64,000 nucleotides of DNA from Caldisericia bacterium (GTDB lineage Bacteria; Caldisericota; Caldisericia; JAAYUI01). The position numbers and the translations under genes were made by a program. Position 1 is the stretch's first letter; each line of letters starts with the position of its first letter. A model generated the notes under the pieces. It was not told where the DNA came from and made no database searches. It was given only the letters and a program-made list of their open reading frames with translations. This document shows, in pieces, positions 52,253 to 61,214 of the stretch. The stretch covers positions 480,001-544,000 of the forward strand of contig OY771555.1 in NCBI GenBank assembly GCA_963674785.1, in the 5' to 3' direction.

Positions 52253-52477
52253 CTTAACCCTCCCTGGTGACTTCGTCACCATCCCTCCCTGACAGGGAGG
52301 GCTTTTAAAATCACATCATCCTCTCCTCCTCGTCATTCCGTGCTTAACACGGAATCCAGGATTACTTTTGATGTATGGATTCTCTACTTAGCAATTCTTG
52401 ATATTGGATAGACAATTTCACCCAAAAAAAAGAGTACACCTTTTTATGCCCTGGTTTCCAGCTTTCGCTGGAAAGAC
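52253..52477. repeat. Composite REP element (CCCTCCC double hairpin + REP doublet 52331-52477)
   Basis: Collinear with 36876-37094. Confidence 0.85.
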
Positions 52478-52485
52478 TAAAAAAG

Positions 52486-52887
52486 CTACCTTTCCAAATA
52501 CCTCATCAAAATAATCTGAGCTTCGATTGAATCTTTTGTCTTACGCATGGATTTGTCTTTTTTGCCAAGGGAGTGGCCAATATTTCGGGCTTCAACAGAA
52601 CTGAAGCTTTCATCAACAAGCTCAATCTTGATACCTGTTTTTGTAGCAAGGATTTCTGAAAATTCTCTTGCTTTTTTGGCGGATTCTGTTTCATTGCTTT
52701 GGTTTCCAACAGGGTAACCAAACACAATGAATTCAACACCTTTATCATCAATTACTTTTTGTATCTCAGCAATAGAATTTTCTATACCTGTATTTAAAAT
52801 AGACTCCATGGAAAACGCAAAAATGCCATCTGGAGAGTAGGCAAGGCCGATGTTTTTTGTGCCATAATCTATGGCAAGAATCACCAT
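52486..52887 (-). CDS. ruvX: RuvX/YqgF Holliday-junction-resolvase-like protein
   Basis: LAIDYGTKNIGLA, VFGYP, VDESFSS, DSIEAQIIL. Confidence 0.9.
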   Translation of the reverse strand: MVILAIDYGTKNIGLAYSPDGIFAFSMESILNTGIENSIAEIQKVIDDKGVEFIVFGYPVGNQSNETESAKKAREFSEILATKTGIKIELVDESFSSVEARNIGHSLGKKDKSMRKTKDSIEAQIILMRYLER

Positions 52888-53826
52888 TTAAAAAACGCGA
52901 AGGGCAAACGCTGGACAGGCCTGAATGCAGTATGTACAAAGCACACATTCATCCTGATTTATTTTTGCTTTGCCATCGTCACCCATCGAGATCGCATCCT
53001 GAGGACAAGCCTCAACACAGTTTCCGCAACCTTCACACCATGGATAAACATGCATCTTTCTTACAATCATGTCGATCTTAGTTTTTGGTTCTTTTCCTTC
53101 GAAAAGGTCAGCGTTATAGTCAATCTCTCGAACATCCTTCATTCCGATCGCAACAGAGTGTGCATATGGGAAATCACGTGAATACTCAAGGGCTTCACGG
53201 GCACGCTTGATGAGCTTGCCACCACCAAGAGATTTCATCAAATAAACACCAAGTCCGCACTCGTAGTCATCTTTGAGTTCTTTTTCCATGTCGTCACGTG
53301 TTCCATCTTTGATGCCGTGACCTTCAATGTTATGCATTGGGAAAATGACCTCAAGTTCTGGAAATTGTCTTACAACTCGAGTGATTTCAACAGTGTGAGT
53401 GGAGACACCAACAACCTTGATGAGTCCTTTATGTTTATATTCAAGCAAAACATCAAGTGCAGCTCGATGTCCAGTGAGTGTTAACGCGGTTTCTTGTTCA
53501 TGAAGAAGATAGATAGGAATAACATCGAGCTTCATCTCACGAAGTGAGTTTTCAACAGAAGCTCTCATTCGCTCTGCTGTATCTGAGTATGATTTTGTTG
53601 TGATAACCGCTTCATGACGGATATGTGGAGGGAGCGCCCCAAGATAGGGCTGTGTTCCATAAAGCTCAGCACTATCGTAAAAATTGATGCCTCTTTCCCA
53701 GGCATGTTCAACAACTTTGACCGCATCTTGAATCGGAAGTTTGGCTTGTAGTGGTCCAAACGTCATTGTTCCATAACAAAGCTTTGAAACTTCAAGTCCG
53801 GTGTTGCCAAATTTTACTTTCTCCAC
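52888..53826 (-). CDS. Aldo/keto reductase with C-terminal 2x[4Fe-4S] domain
   Basis: GNTGLEVSKLCYGT, DSAELYG; CEGCGNCVEACP and CVLCTYCIQACP. Confidence 0.9.
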   Translation of the reverse strand: MEKVKFGNTGLEVSKLCYGTMTFGPLQAKLPIQDAVKVVEHAWERGINFYDSAELYGTQPYLGALPPHIRHEAVITTKSYSDTAERMRASVENSLREMKLDVIPIYLLHEQETALTLTGHRAALDVLLEYKHKGLIKVVGVSTHTVEITRVVRQFPELEVIFPMHNIEGHGIKDGTRDDMEKELKDDYECGLGVYLMKSLGGGKLIKRAREALEYSRDFPYAHSVAIGMKDVREIDYNADLFEGKEPKTKIDMIVRKMHVYPWCEGCGNCVEACPQDAISMGDDGKAKINQDECVLCTYCIQACPAFALRVF

Positions 53827-53841
53827 AGTTTAATTATCCTT

Positions 53842-56445
53842 TCATTTTGTAAGCTGTTCTGCAAGCTCTGATTCGATCGTTGTTAAAACCTGATCAGCAC
53901 GTGATGGATCGATTCCACCAGCCTGACCCATCTCAGATCTTCCGCCACCTTTGAATCCGACTATTCCACCAACTTTTCCAACAAGTTTACCACAATGGAC
54001 AACATTTGAGGGAAGACCCTTTGATATAACGACAAGAAGAATTTTGCCAGCGTTTTTTCCAAGCAAAACTGCAACCCCGTGATCAAAAGCATCGAGTGTG
54101 AAATCAGCAAGCATTCGAAGTCCTTGCATATCAAAGTTATCCTGTCTTGCAATGACAACGTGTGTTGCTCCAACTTTCCTTGCTTGATCTTTTAAAACCT
54201 CTGCTTGATTTTTTGCAATGGTTGTTGTCAGAGACATGATTGTTTTGTTGGCAGTGGAAAGATTTTCAGTCAAAGATTCAGCTTTATCTATTGTCTCTGA
54301 AACCGATGAGCCAAGAGCTTTTGCTGTCGATTTGAGTGCATCTTCCTTTTCCTGGAGATACTCAAGGACTTTTTTATTTGTGACAGCTGTGATTCGTCTG
54401 AGGTTTGAGCCAATCGATGATTCAGAGGTGATTTTGAAAATCCCGATTTTCGATGTGTTTTCAACATGGCATCCACCGCAAAGCTCCATCGACTCATCAC
54501 CAACCGTTACAACCCTTACAGTATCACCATATTTTTCACCAAAGAGTGCAACAGCACCTTTTTTCTTTGCATCTTTAATTGACATCTCTTCAGTGTCAAC
54601 GGTATGACCAGCCCAGATGATACTGTTTACCTGATTTTCGATCCTTTTTATCTGATCATCTGTAAGAGCACCAAGTGTGGTTGTGAAATCAAATCGAAGT
54701 TCATCCTCGCCAACCCACGAACCTGCTTGGTTTGCATGGTCTCCAAGTTCAGCCTTTAGAGCTGCGTGAAGAAGATGTGTTGCAGTATGTGCATGTGTTA
54801 TATTATCTCGTTTTCCACAATTGATTTTGAGAGTAAGAACATCGCCGACCCTCAATTCACCAGAAATAATCTTTGCTTTGTGGAGGATAAGTTCATCAAT
54901 TGGTGATCTTGTGTCTTCAATTTCAAGTTTGACATGGTCATTGAACGCAGTCCCCTGGTCACCAATCTGACCACCCTTTTCTGGATAGAAAGGTGTAATG
55001 TCTGTGTTGAAGTAAACGGTTTCCCCTTCTGTTCCAGTAGACACAGGAAGCTTATCCTTCATGATTCCGACAACTTTTACATCCTTTATTTCAAAGTTTG
55101 AAAAACCATCGAAGTTTGATTTACCTGTTTGGTCTCTGAAGGTAAGCAGAGTTGTTGCTCTTTCAAATTCCTTTTGTCCAGAATATGATCTTCTACCACG
55201 TTCACGTTGTGCTTCAAGTTCAGCATTGAATCCATCAAAATCAACCGAGATTCCTTTTTCCCTTGAATACTCATCTGTAAGCTCAACCGGGAATCCATAG
55301 GTATCATAAAGCTTGAAGGCAGTTTTTCCATCGAGTGTTCCGCCACTGCCTATTTTTGCAAGCTCAGAGTTAATGAGGTCAAGTCCAACCTGAAGAGTAG
55401 AGATAAACTGTTTTTCTTCGTTACCAATTATCTTTGTGATGGCATCACGTCTCTCATCAAGGAATGGATACGGTGCCTTGTAGAAATCGATTACACTATT
55501 TGCAAGATTTGAAATAAATGCTCCATCAATTCCTAGATTTCTTCCAGCAAGAAGTGATCTTCTGATGAGTCTTTTCATAACATAACCACGACCATCATTT
55601 GCTGGGAAGACACCATCACCGATGAGGAAAGTCACAGCTCTTGTATGATCGGCAATCATTCGCTTTCGACCCTTATCATCAGAGTCTGTCAAAGCGTTTA
55701 TTGCCTTCAAAACCGATCCAAACAGGTCAGTATCGAAACTTGATCTGACTCCCTGTGATACTGCGGTAATTCTTTCAAGCCCTGCACCAGTATCGATATT
55801 TTTTCTTGGAAGTGGTTCTTGCGAACCATCTTTTTTCAGATTGAATTGAGTAAAAACAACATTCCAAAGCTCAACAAACCTTGGATGGTCAAGGTCAACT
55901 CCGCCATCTTTCATCGGGAATGGAGTATTAACCTCCCAATCAAAATGAATTTCAGAATCAGGTCCACAGGGACCGACATCACCCATTGTCCAGAAATTTG
56001 ATTTTTCTGGAATAATCTTACCCTCAGGGATGCCGACCTTTTTCCAGAGAGAAACACTTTCCTCATCATCAGGGTAAACTGTTACAACGAGTCTGTCTTT
56101 TGGTATACCTACGACTTTGACGAGATATTCAAGTGCCCAAGGGATAGCTTCATTTTTGAAATAGTCACCAATTGAAAAGTTACCAAGCATCTCAAAGAGA
56201 GTATGGTGAAAATTTGTTTTCCCAACATTTTCAATGTCGTTTGTCCTGAAGCACCTTTGGCAACTTGTGAGTCTATTTGAAACAGGGGTTCTCTCACCTG
56301 TAAAAAATGGTTTCAATGGAAGCATTCCAGCAAGCGTGAAAAGCACAGTTGGGTCTGACGGAATCAGTGATGCACCCTCTAAAACATAGTGGTCATTGCC
56401 AGAAAAAAAGGATAGGAAGCTTTCCCTTATCTCGTGTGATTTCAT
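53842..56445 (-). CDS. alaS: Alanine--tRNA ligase
   Basis: FEMLGNFSIGDYFK, IDTGAGLER, LYDTYGFP, HTATHLL, ELCGG. Confidence 0.98.
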   Translation of the reverse strand: MKSHEIRESFLSFFSGNDHYVLEGASLIPSDPTVLFTLAGMLPLKPFFTGERTPVSNRLTSCQRCFRTNDIENVGKTNFHHTLFEMLGNFSIGDYFKNEAIPWALEYLVKVVGIPKDRLVVTVYPDDEESVSLWKKVGIPEGKIIPEKSNFWTMGDVGPCGPDSEIHFDWEVNTPFPMKDGGVDLDHPRFVELWNVVFTQFNLKKDGSQEPLPRKNIDTGAGLERITAVSQGVRSSFDTDLFGSVLKAINALTDSDDKGRKRMIADHTRAVTFLIGDGVFPANDGRGYVMKRLIRRSLLAGRNLGIDGAFISNLANSVIDFYKAPYPFLDERRDAITKIIGNEEKQFISTLQVGLDLINSELAKIGSGGTLDGKTAFKLYDTYGFPVELTDEYSREKGISVDFDGFNAELEAQRERGRRSYSGQKEFERATTLLTFRDQTGKSNFDGFSNFEIKDVKVVGIMKDKLPVSTGTEGETVYFNTDITPFYPEKGGQIGDQGTAFNDHVKLEIEDTRSPIDELILHKAKIISGELRVGDVLTLKINCGKRDNITHAHTATHLLHAALKAELGDHANQAGSWVGEDELRFDFTTTLGALTDDQIKRIENQVNSIIWAGHTVDTEEMSIKDAKKKGAVALFGEKYGDTVRVVTVGDESMELCGGCHVENTSKIGIFKITSESSIGSNLRRITAVTNKKVLEYLQEKEDALKSTAKALGSSVSETIDKAESLTENLSTANKTIMSLTTTIAKNQAEVLKDQARKVGATHVVIARQDNFDMQGLRMLADFTLDAFDHGVAVLLGKNAGKILLVVISKGLPSNVVHCGKLVGKVGGIVGFKGGGRSEMGQAGGIDPSRADQVLTTIESELAEQLTK

Positions 56446-56468
56446 AAAAATTTCCTTACAACTTGTAT

Positions 56469-56894
56469 TTACTCAAACGAACCAAAGTCATTTGAGGATT
56501 TTTTGGGTGTATCATCCCACATTCGAAGCTTCTCAGATGAAACTGCGATATTTTTTGTAGCGAAAAGAAAAACGTTTTTTCCGATTTTTTCGACCATACC
56601 ATCAAGCGCGTAACAAGCACCTGAAACAAAATCAATAAACCTTCTTGCAATTCCAGATTCAGTTTCTTCAAAGTTTGCCATTATAGGTTTTCCATGTTTC
56701 AATGAATCAACTGATTTACGGGCTTCTTCAAAGGAAGTTGGATTCATTACAACAACGGTCATTTTAGACAAAGCAGATTTTATTTCAGGGTTAATCTTTC
56801 TTTCAGTGCTTTCAACCTCTTCTGCTCCATCATAGAGTTCTCCTCCGTCTTCATCCATACCAACAAGAGACTTAAACCAATCACCTATACCCAT
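56469..56894 (-). CDS. sepF: Cell division protein SepF
   Basis: PTSFEEA...RRFIDFVSGACYALDG...VFLF. Confidence 0.9.
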   Translation of the reverse strand: MGIGDWFKSLVGMDEDGGELYDGAEEVESTERKINPEIKSALSKMTVVVMNPTSFEEARKSVDSLKHGKPIMANFEETESGIARRFIDFVSGACYALDGMVEKIGKNVFLFATKNIAVSSEKLRMWDDTPKKSSNDFGSFE

Positions 56895-56897
56895 AAT

Positions 56898-57569
56898 CTA
56901 CCTTCCTTCAGAAAACAGCGCCCTTCCAATTCGAACCTGTGTTGCGCCGCATTTTATTGCGAGTTCAAAATCCCCGCTCATTCCATACGATCTTTCTATC
57001 TTTCTTCCGAGCGTCTGTTCAAGACCATACGCCAGCTCTGATGCTTTATTATAAATAGTTTCTCTGAATTTGCTAGTAGCATCAATCGGACACATTGTAA
57101 AAACTCCTGTGAGCCTCAAATGGTTCAGAGATATGATTCTATCAGATAGTGACGCAAACTCAGTAATACTGCATCCATGTTTGACTTCTTCACCAGAAAT
57201 GTTTACTTCAATCATCACGTCAACAAGCTTTTCTGAGATGATGTCTATTCTTTCTGCAAGTTTTGTGGTGTCGACAGTATCTATTGAATCAAAAATTGTA
57301 AGAGCCGGTCGAACCTTGTTGCGTTGAAGATTTCCAATCATATGGAGTTTTATCGAGTCACGACCTTCATATGTCTTCCATCTTTGTGCATTTGCAACCC
57401 TATTTTCGCCAACATGCACAATATCTCCCGCGGTAATAACTGGGATGACATCTGCAAGTTCAGAATATTTTGTAACAGCCATAAGGGCAATAGACTGTGG
57501 GTCTCTTCCAACCTTATCTGCTGCCTCCCTTATTCTGTTTTTTATGTTTGAAAGAGAACTAGGCTCCAC
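56898..57569 (-). CDS. yggS: YggS family PLP homeostasis protein
   Basis: AVTKY, GENR, HMIGNLQRNK, SYGMSGDFELAI..GATQVRIG; probable GTG start at 57569. Confidence 0.9.
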   Translation of the reverse strand: MEPSSLSNIKNRIREAADKVGRDPQSIALMAVTKYSELADVIPVITAGDIVHVGENRVANAQRWKTYEGRDSIKLHMIGNLQRNKVRPALTIFDSIDTVDTTKLAERIDIISEKLVDVMIEVNISGEEVKHGCSITEFASLSDRIISLNHLRLTGVFTMCPIDATSKFRETIYNKASELAYGLEQTLGRKIERSYGMSGDFELAIKCGATQVRIGRALFSEGR

Positions 57570-58647
57570 CAGAGCCTTTCTTTTTCTGCAGGAATGGTGG
57601 AATGTCAAGCTCTTTACCAGAGACTAGTTCATCCAGATCACCCCTGTTGATTTTCGGTTTTATTTTAATTCCGGTACTGTCTGCTGATTGTTTGGCTTCA
57701 AAACCAGTTGCGATGACAATTACGCGGAGTTCATTTTCAAGGGCTTTATCAATTACAGCACCCCAAACAATATTTGCCTGTGAGTCAACCATCCTGGTGA
57801 TATATCTTGAAACCTCATTTGCTTCAGATATTTTGAAGTCTTTGCCGCCAATACAGTTGACAAGGAGTCCTTCTGAACCCTTGAGTGAAGCATCAAGAAG
57901 TGGTGAGCTGATAGCCTGGTTTGCAGCTTCTTCGGCTCTGTTTTCACCTTTCGCCTGACCAATACCCATCCAGGCAGTTCCAGCGTTACTCATGATTGTG
58001 CGGACATCTGCAAAGTCAACATTGACAAGACCAGGAACAGTTATGATTGTTGTGATTCCCTCAACGGCCTGCCTCAAAACATCATCAACCATGAAGAATG
58101 CTTCTGTGAGTGGAGTGTTTTTGTTTGTCGCTTCAAACAATCTGTCGTTGCTGATTGTTATCATCGCATCGACTTTTTCCTGGAGTTTTTCAATACCCTT
58201 ATCGGCAAGGATCATTCTTTTTTCGCCCTCAAAACTGAATGGTCTTGTTACAATGGCGATTGTAAGGGCTCCTAGTTCTTTTGCGATCTCGGCAATGACT
58301 GGAATTGCACCTGTGCCTGTTCCTCCGCCCATGCCACATGCAAGGAAAATCAGGTTTGCACCAGAAAGCATTTCTGCGATGATATCTTTGCTCTCCTCTG
58401 CAGATTTTTCTCCCAATTCAGGCATAGCACCTGCACCCAAACCTCTTGTTGTTTTCGGTCCAATCTGAACTTTATTTGGAGCAAGAGACATACGTAACGT
58501 CTGAGTGTCAGTATTCATTGCAATATATTCAACATTGTCGAGACCGTATTCGATCATACGGTTGACGGCGTTGTTCCCTCCACCACCGATTCCGACAACT
58601 TTTATTACGGCGTTTGTGCCTTCCCATACATCAAAAGCATTTGACAT
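57559..58647 (-). CDS. ftsZ: Cell division protein FtsZ
   Basis: GGGGNNA, GMGGGTGTG, NVDFAD, C-terminal LDIPPFL. Confidence 0.98.
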   Translation of the reverse strand: MSNAFDVWEGTNAVIKVVGIGGGGNNAVNRMIEYGLDNVEYIAMNTDTQTLRMSLAPNKVQIGPKTTRGLGAGAMPELGEKSAEESKDIIAEMLSGANLIFLACGMGGGTGTGAIPVIAEIAKELGALTIAIVTRPFSFEGEKRMILADKGIEKLQEKVDAMITISNDRLFEATNKNTPLTEAFFMVDDVLRQAVEGITTIITVPGLVNVDFADVRTIMSNAGTAWMGIGQAKGENRAEEAANQAISSPLLDASLKGSEGLLVNCIGGKDFKISEANEVSRYITRMVDSQANIVWGAVIDKALENELRVIVIATGFEAKQSADSTGIKIKPKINRGDLDELVSGKELDIPPFLQKKKGSGGA

Positions 58648-58713
58648 ACCGAGTTCCTTTCTATATCCTAACCTCTTTCAAGCCAACCATAATAACAGGT
58701 AAACATACCAGAA

Positions 58714-59721
58714 TCAACTACCAACCGTACTTTTTCTGGGAACTGTTGTCACCTGATGGGGAATATCGAGTTTAATCATCAGAGGAAGTGTTTCACCTTT
58801 ACTAAACTCTGTATCCATCAAATGTCCCAGTGCACCAAACTTTGTTTCAAGACCGGTTGATGTTCCAAAATATATAAGCATACCTTGGTTAGTCTCACCA
58901 AATAACCCTCTTGCAGTCTCAAGGTTCACTTTATTATAAAAGATTTGTTTTGGTTTTTCGTCAGGATTTGCAGATTTTAAATCATCCGCATCATCTATAC
59001 TTTCGAGTTGATGTATTTCTCCACCAAACTCAACAAATACAGGGTTTAAATTGTTTACAGCATAGGGAGCAACGAGAATATACTCCCCCCTAATGTTTTG
59101 ATAAATGAAGTAAGTAGCTTCATTTCTAAGAACCCTAAAAAAATTCAGATTTAACGCTGATCGGTACTGGAGGATCATCCCGATAAGTGGACGAAGATAC
59201 AAATTCTCACTTGCGTTTTCATCCTCCTTGGATAAATCAAAAGGATACATCGAAGGGCTGGGTTCATTAAAACCTGAAATATTACCAGCGTTTTTTGAGA
59301 GTATCTCAAATTCAACTTTCTTTGTGTTGTCCGGGGTTATATCCTCAATGAAGTTTCCTTCAATATCAACTGCGATCCTTCCACTGAGCCTTCCCCAAGC
59401 AAGAGCAAAAGTGTCTTGTTTCTCATAAATATTAACGGTTGCCCTAAAAAAGAATCTTGGTTTAATTGTGACTTTTTCCACCAATGGCCCGAGTATGTCC
59501 TGTGCATCACTTAGTTTTTTGTTTGATGTCGAAATCAAACCCATATTGGATTTTGCCTCGATGTACCTTTCAACTTTCACAATCTCCAACCTTTGTATCC
59601 CCTCATAATCCACTCTCGAAATCGGAATCATGGGCGATGCAAAGGAGAGAAAAACGAAAATCAGGAACAGCGCCAATACCACCAAAAGCAGTACTCGTAG
59701 AGGTGAATTCCCCGCCTTCAT
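58714..59721 (-). CDS. FtsQ/DivIB-like protein (transmembrane + POTRA-like)
   Basis: Directly upstream of ftsZ; single transmembrane helix then ISRVDYEG...VEKVTIK...VNIYEK. Confidence 0.55.
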   Translation of the reverse strand: MKAGNSPLRVLLLVVLALFLIFVFLSFASPMIPISRVDYEGIQRLEIVKVERYIEAKSNMGLISTSNKKLSDAQDILGPLVEKVTIKPRFFFRATVNIYEKQDTFALAWGRLSGRIAVDIEGNFIEDITPDNTKKVEFEILSKNAGNISGFNEPSPSMYPFDLSKEDENASENLYLRPLIGMILQYRSALNLNFFRVLRNEATYFIYQNIRGEYILVAPYAVNNLNPVFVEFGGEIHQLESIDDADDLKSANPDEKPKQIFYNKVNLETARGLFGETNQGMLIYFGTSTGLETKFGALGHLMDTEFSKGETLPLMIKLDIPHQVTTVPRKSTVGS

Positions 59722-59728
59722 GACAACA

Positions 59729-59757
59729 ATGTTAATAACTTAATTTCTCATTGTCAA
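59729..59757 (-). promoter_or_regulatory. sigma70 promoter giving a leaderless ftsQ-like transcript
   Basis: TTGACA-17-TAACAT-7 nt-ATG. Confidence 0.65.
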
Positions 59758-59969
59758 TCGGAAAAATCATTTTACAGAGGTGGTTTCTTCAGATGTTACC
59801 AAATTGTTTCAATATTATCAATTATTGTTAACAAGCAAAATATATGAACCGCTGGATTACACAGTGTTAGGTCGATTTATATAACCTGATTTTTACAACA
59901 ACCAAGCTCTCGAATATATGTCGAATACGATTTGTTGATAAATACCGAAAATCTTTTCGGTATAATTTG

Positions 59970-60683
59970 CTATGGAACTCCAATCGTAATCCTTTTTGTA
60001 CTGCCGTCCCAAGATACACCTCCACCAATCATTTCAGAGAAAAATCTCGACGGAACATAGGAGGCTCCGTAAATCGATGTAGCAGGCGGGTCACATGTAA
60101 CAGTTTGTCCATTGATAACACCGATATCTGCTCCGAGCTTTATGCTCGAACTCAACTTACCAAGAGTAACAACTATCTCTCTATTCTCTTCATCCCATGA
60201 AACTTCAGCTCCAAAAAAACCAGCAAACTCACGAAGAGGAACCATCGATCTACCTGAAATTATCTTTACAGGATGTGCGAGGCTTCTCGTATCCATGTTT
60301 ACAAACGCAACTCTATCATCGATTGCTGCTGAAACACTGCAATCCCTAAACACAACAATTCCACTCTCAACATATGTGTCAGAGACCTTTGCCTGTAATG
60401 AAATGGAAGTTTTTCCGGCACCAAGAGAGATATTTGAATCGAAATATCCACCGACACAGGGAATTGTTTGTCTGCCAACAGTTGCTCCATCGAGGATTAC
60501 ATCGATGTTTGATATGGACTTATCTGAGATAGAACCTTTTATATAAAGGTTTTCTGATCTGACATGTATCCCTGAGGGTGGGGAATCTATCTTTATCGTC
60601 ACTTCAAATGTCATAGCAACAAACAATAACGCAGCTATCAACAACAGCAGGGTTTTGTGAACAAAGCATGAATTTTTTGTCAT
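59970..60683 (-). CDS. Copper amine oxidase N-terminal (stalk) domain protein
   Basis: GRSMVPLREFAGFFGAEVSWD, YVPSRFFSE..GG.VSWD; signal peptide. Confidence 0.85.
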   Translation of the reverse strand: MTKNSCFVHKTLLLLIAALLFVAMTFEVTIKIDSPPSGIHVRSENLYIKGSISDKSISNIDVILDGATVGRQTIPCVGGYFDSNISLGAGKTSISLQAKVSDTYVESGIVVFRDCSVSAAIDDRVAFVNMDTRSLAHPVKIISGRSMVPLREFAGFFGAEVSWDEENREIVVTLGKLSSSIKLGADIGVINGQTVTCDPPATSIYGASYVPSRFFSEMIGGGVSWDGSTKRITIGVP

Positions 60684-60729
60684 TACTTCCCCCTTCATTT
60701 ATTTCCTTTTTCCTATATGATAGTTACAA

Positions 60730-61038
60730 ATGAAGAATGTGATAGGTTCAAGTTTTCAAGGTGGATTAAAAGCTCTTGCTGAAACAACACGTCTTAGTAT
60801 TGTGATTTTACTCTCAAAAAATAAAGAATTATCCGTCAAGAAGATAATGGAGGTACTTGGACTCACACAGGTCAAGGCATCTCAGCACTTAAAAGTCCTA
60901 AAATTTCAAGAGATCGTAAACAGCAGAAAAAGCGGTAACAGCACACTTTACTCCATCAATTCAGAGAGGGTACAAGCATTGATTACTGAGTTTCAATCAA
61001 TATTTGATAACACATCTGATTTTCCATTTAAAGAATGA
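60730..61038 (+). CDS. ArsR/SmtB family transcriptional regulator
   Basis: LKALAETTRLSI...SQHLKVL...RKSG...YSIN. Confidence 0.9.
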   Translation: MKNVIGSSFQGGLKALAETTRLSIVILLSKNKELSVKKIMEVLGLTQVKASQHLKVLKFQEIVNSRKSGNSTLYSINSERVQALITEFQSIFDNTSDFPFKE

Positions 61039-61214
61039 CACCAAATTGAGAAGTCAAAAACCAATTCAATCGAGTCATAATCGAGAGAAATTGAACTTGC
61101 TTTTTACTTAAAATGTAGTTATATTGGACTATTGACCCACATGGGGTCAAATGAAATACTTATGTTAAGAAAATGCTCAGAGATGAGATTCAAAGAGCGG
61201 AAAGGAGCAAGACA

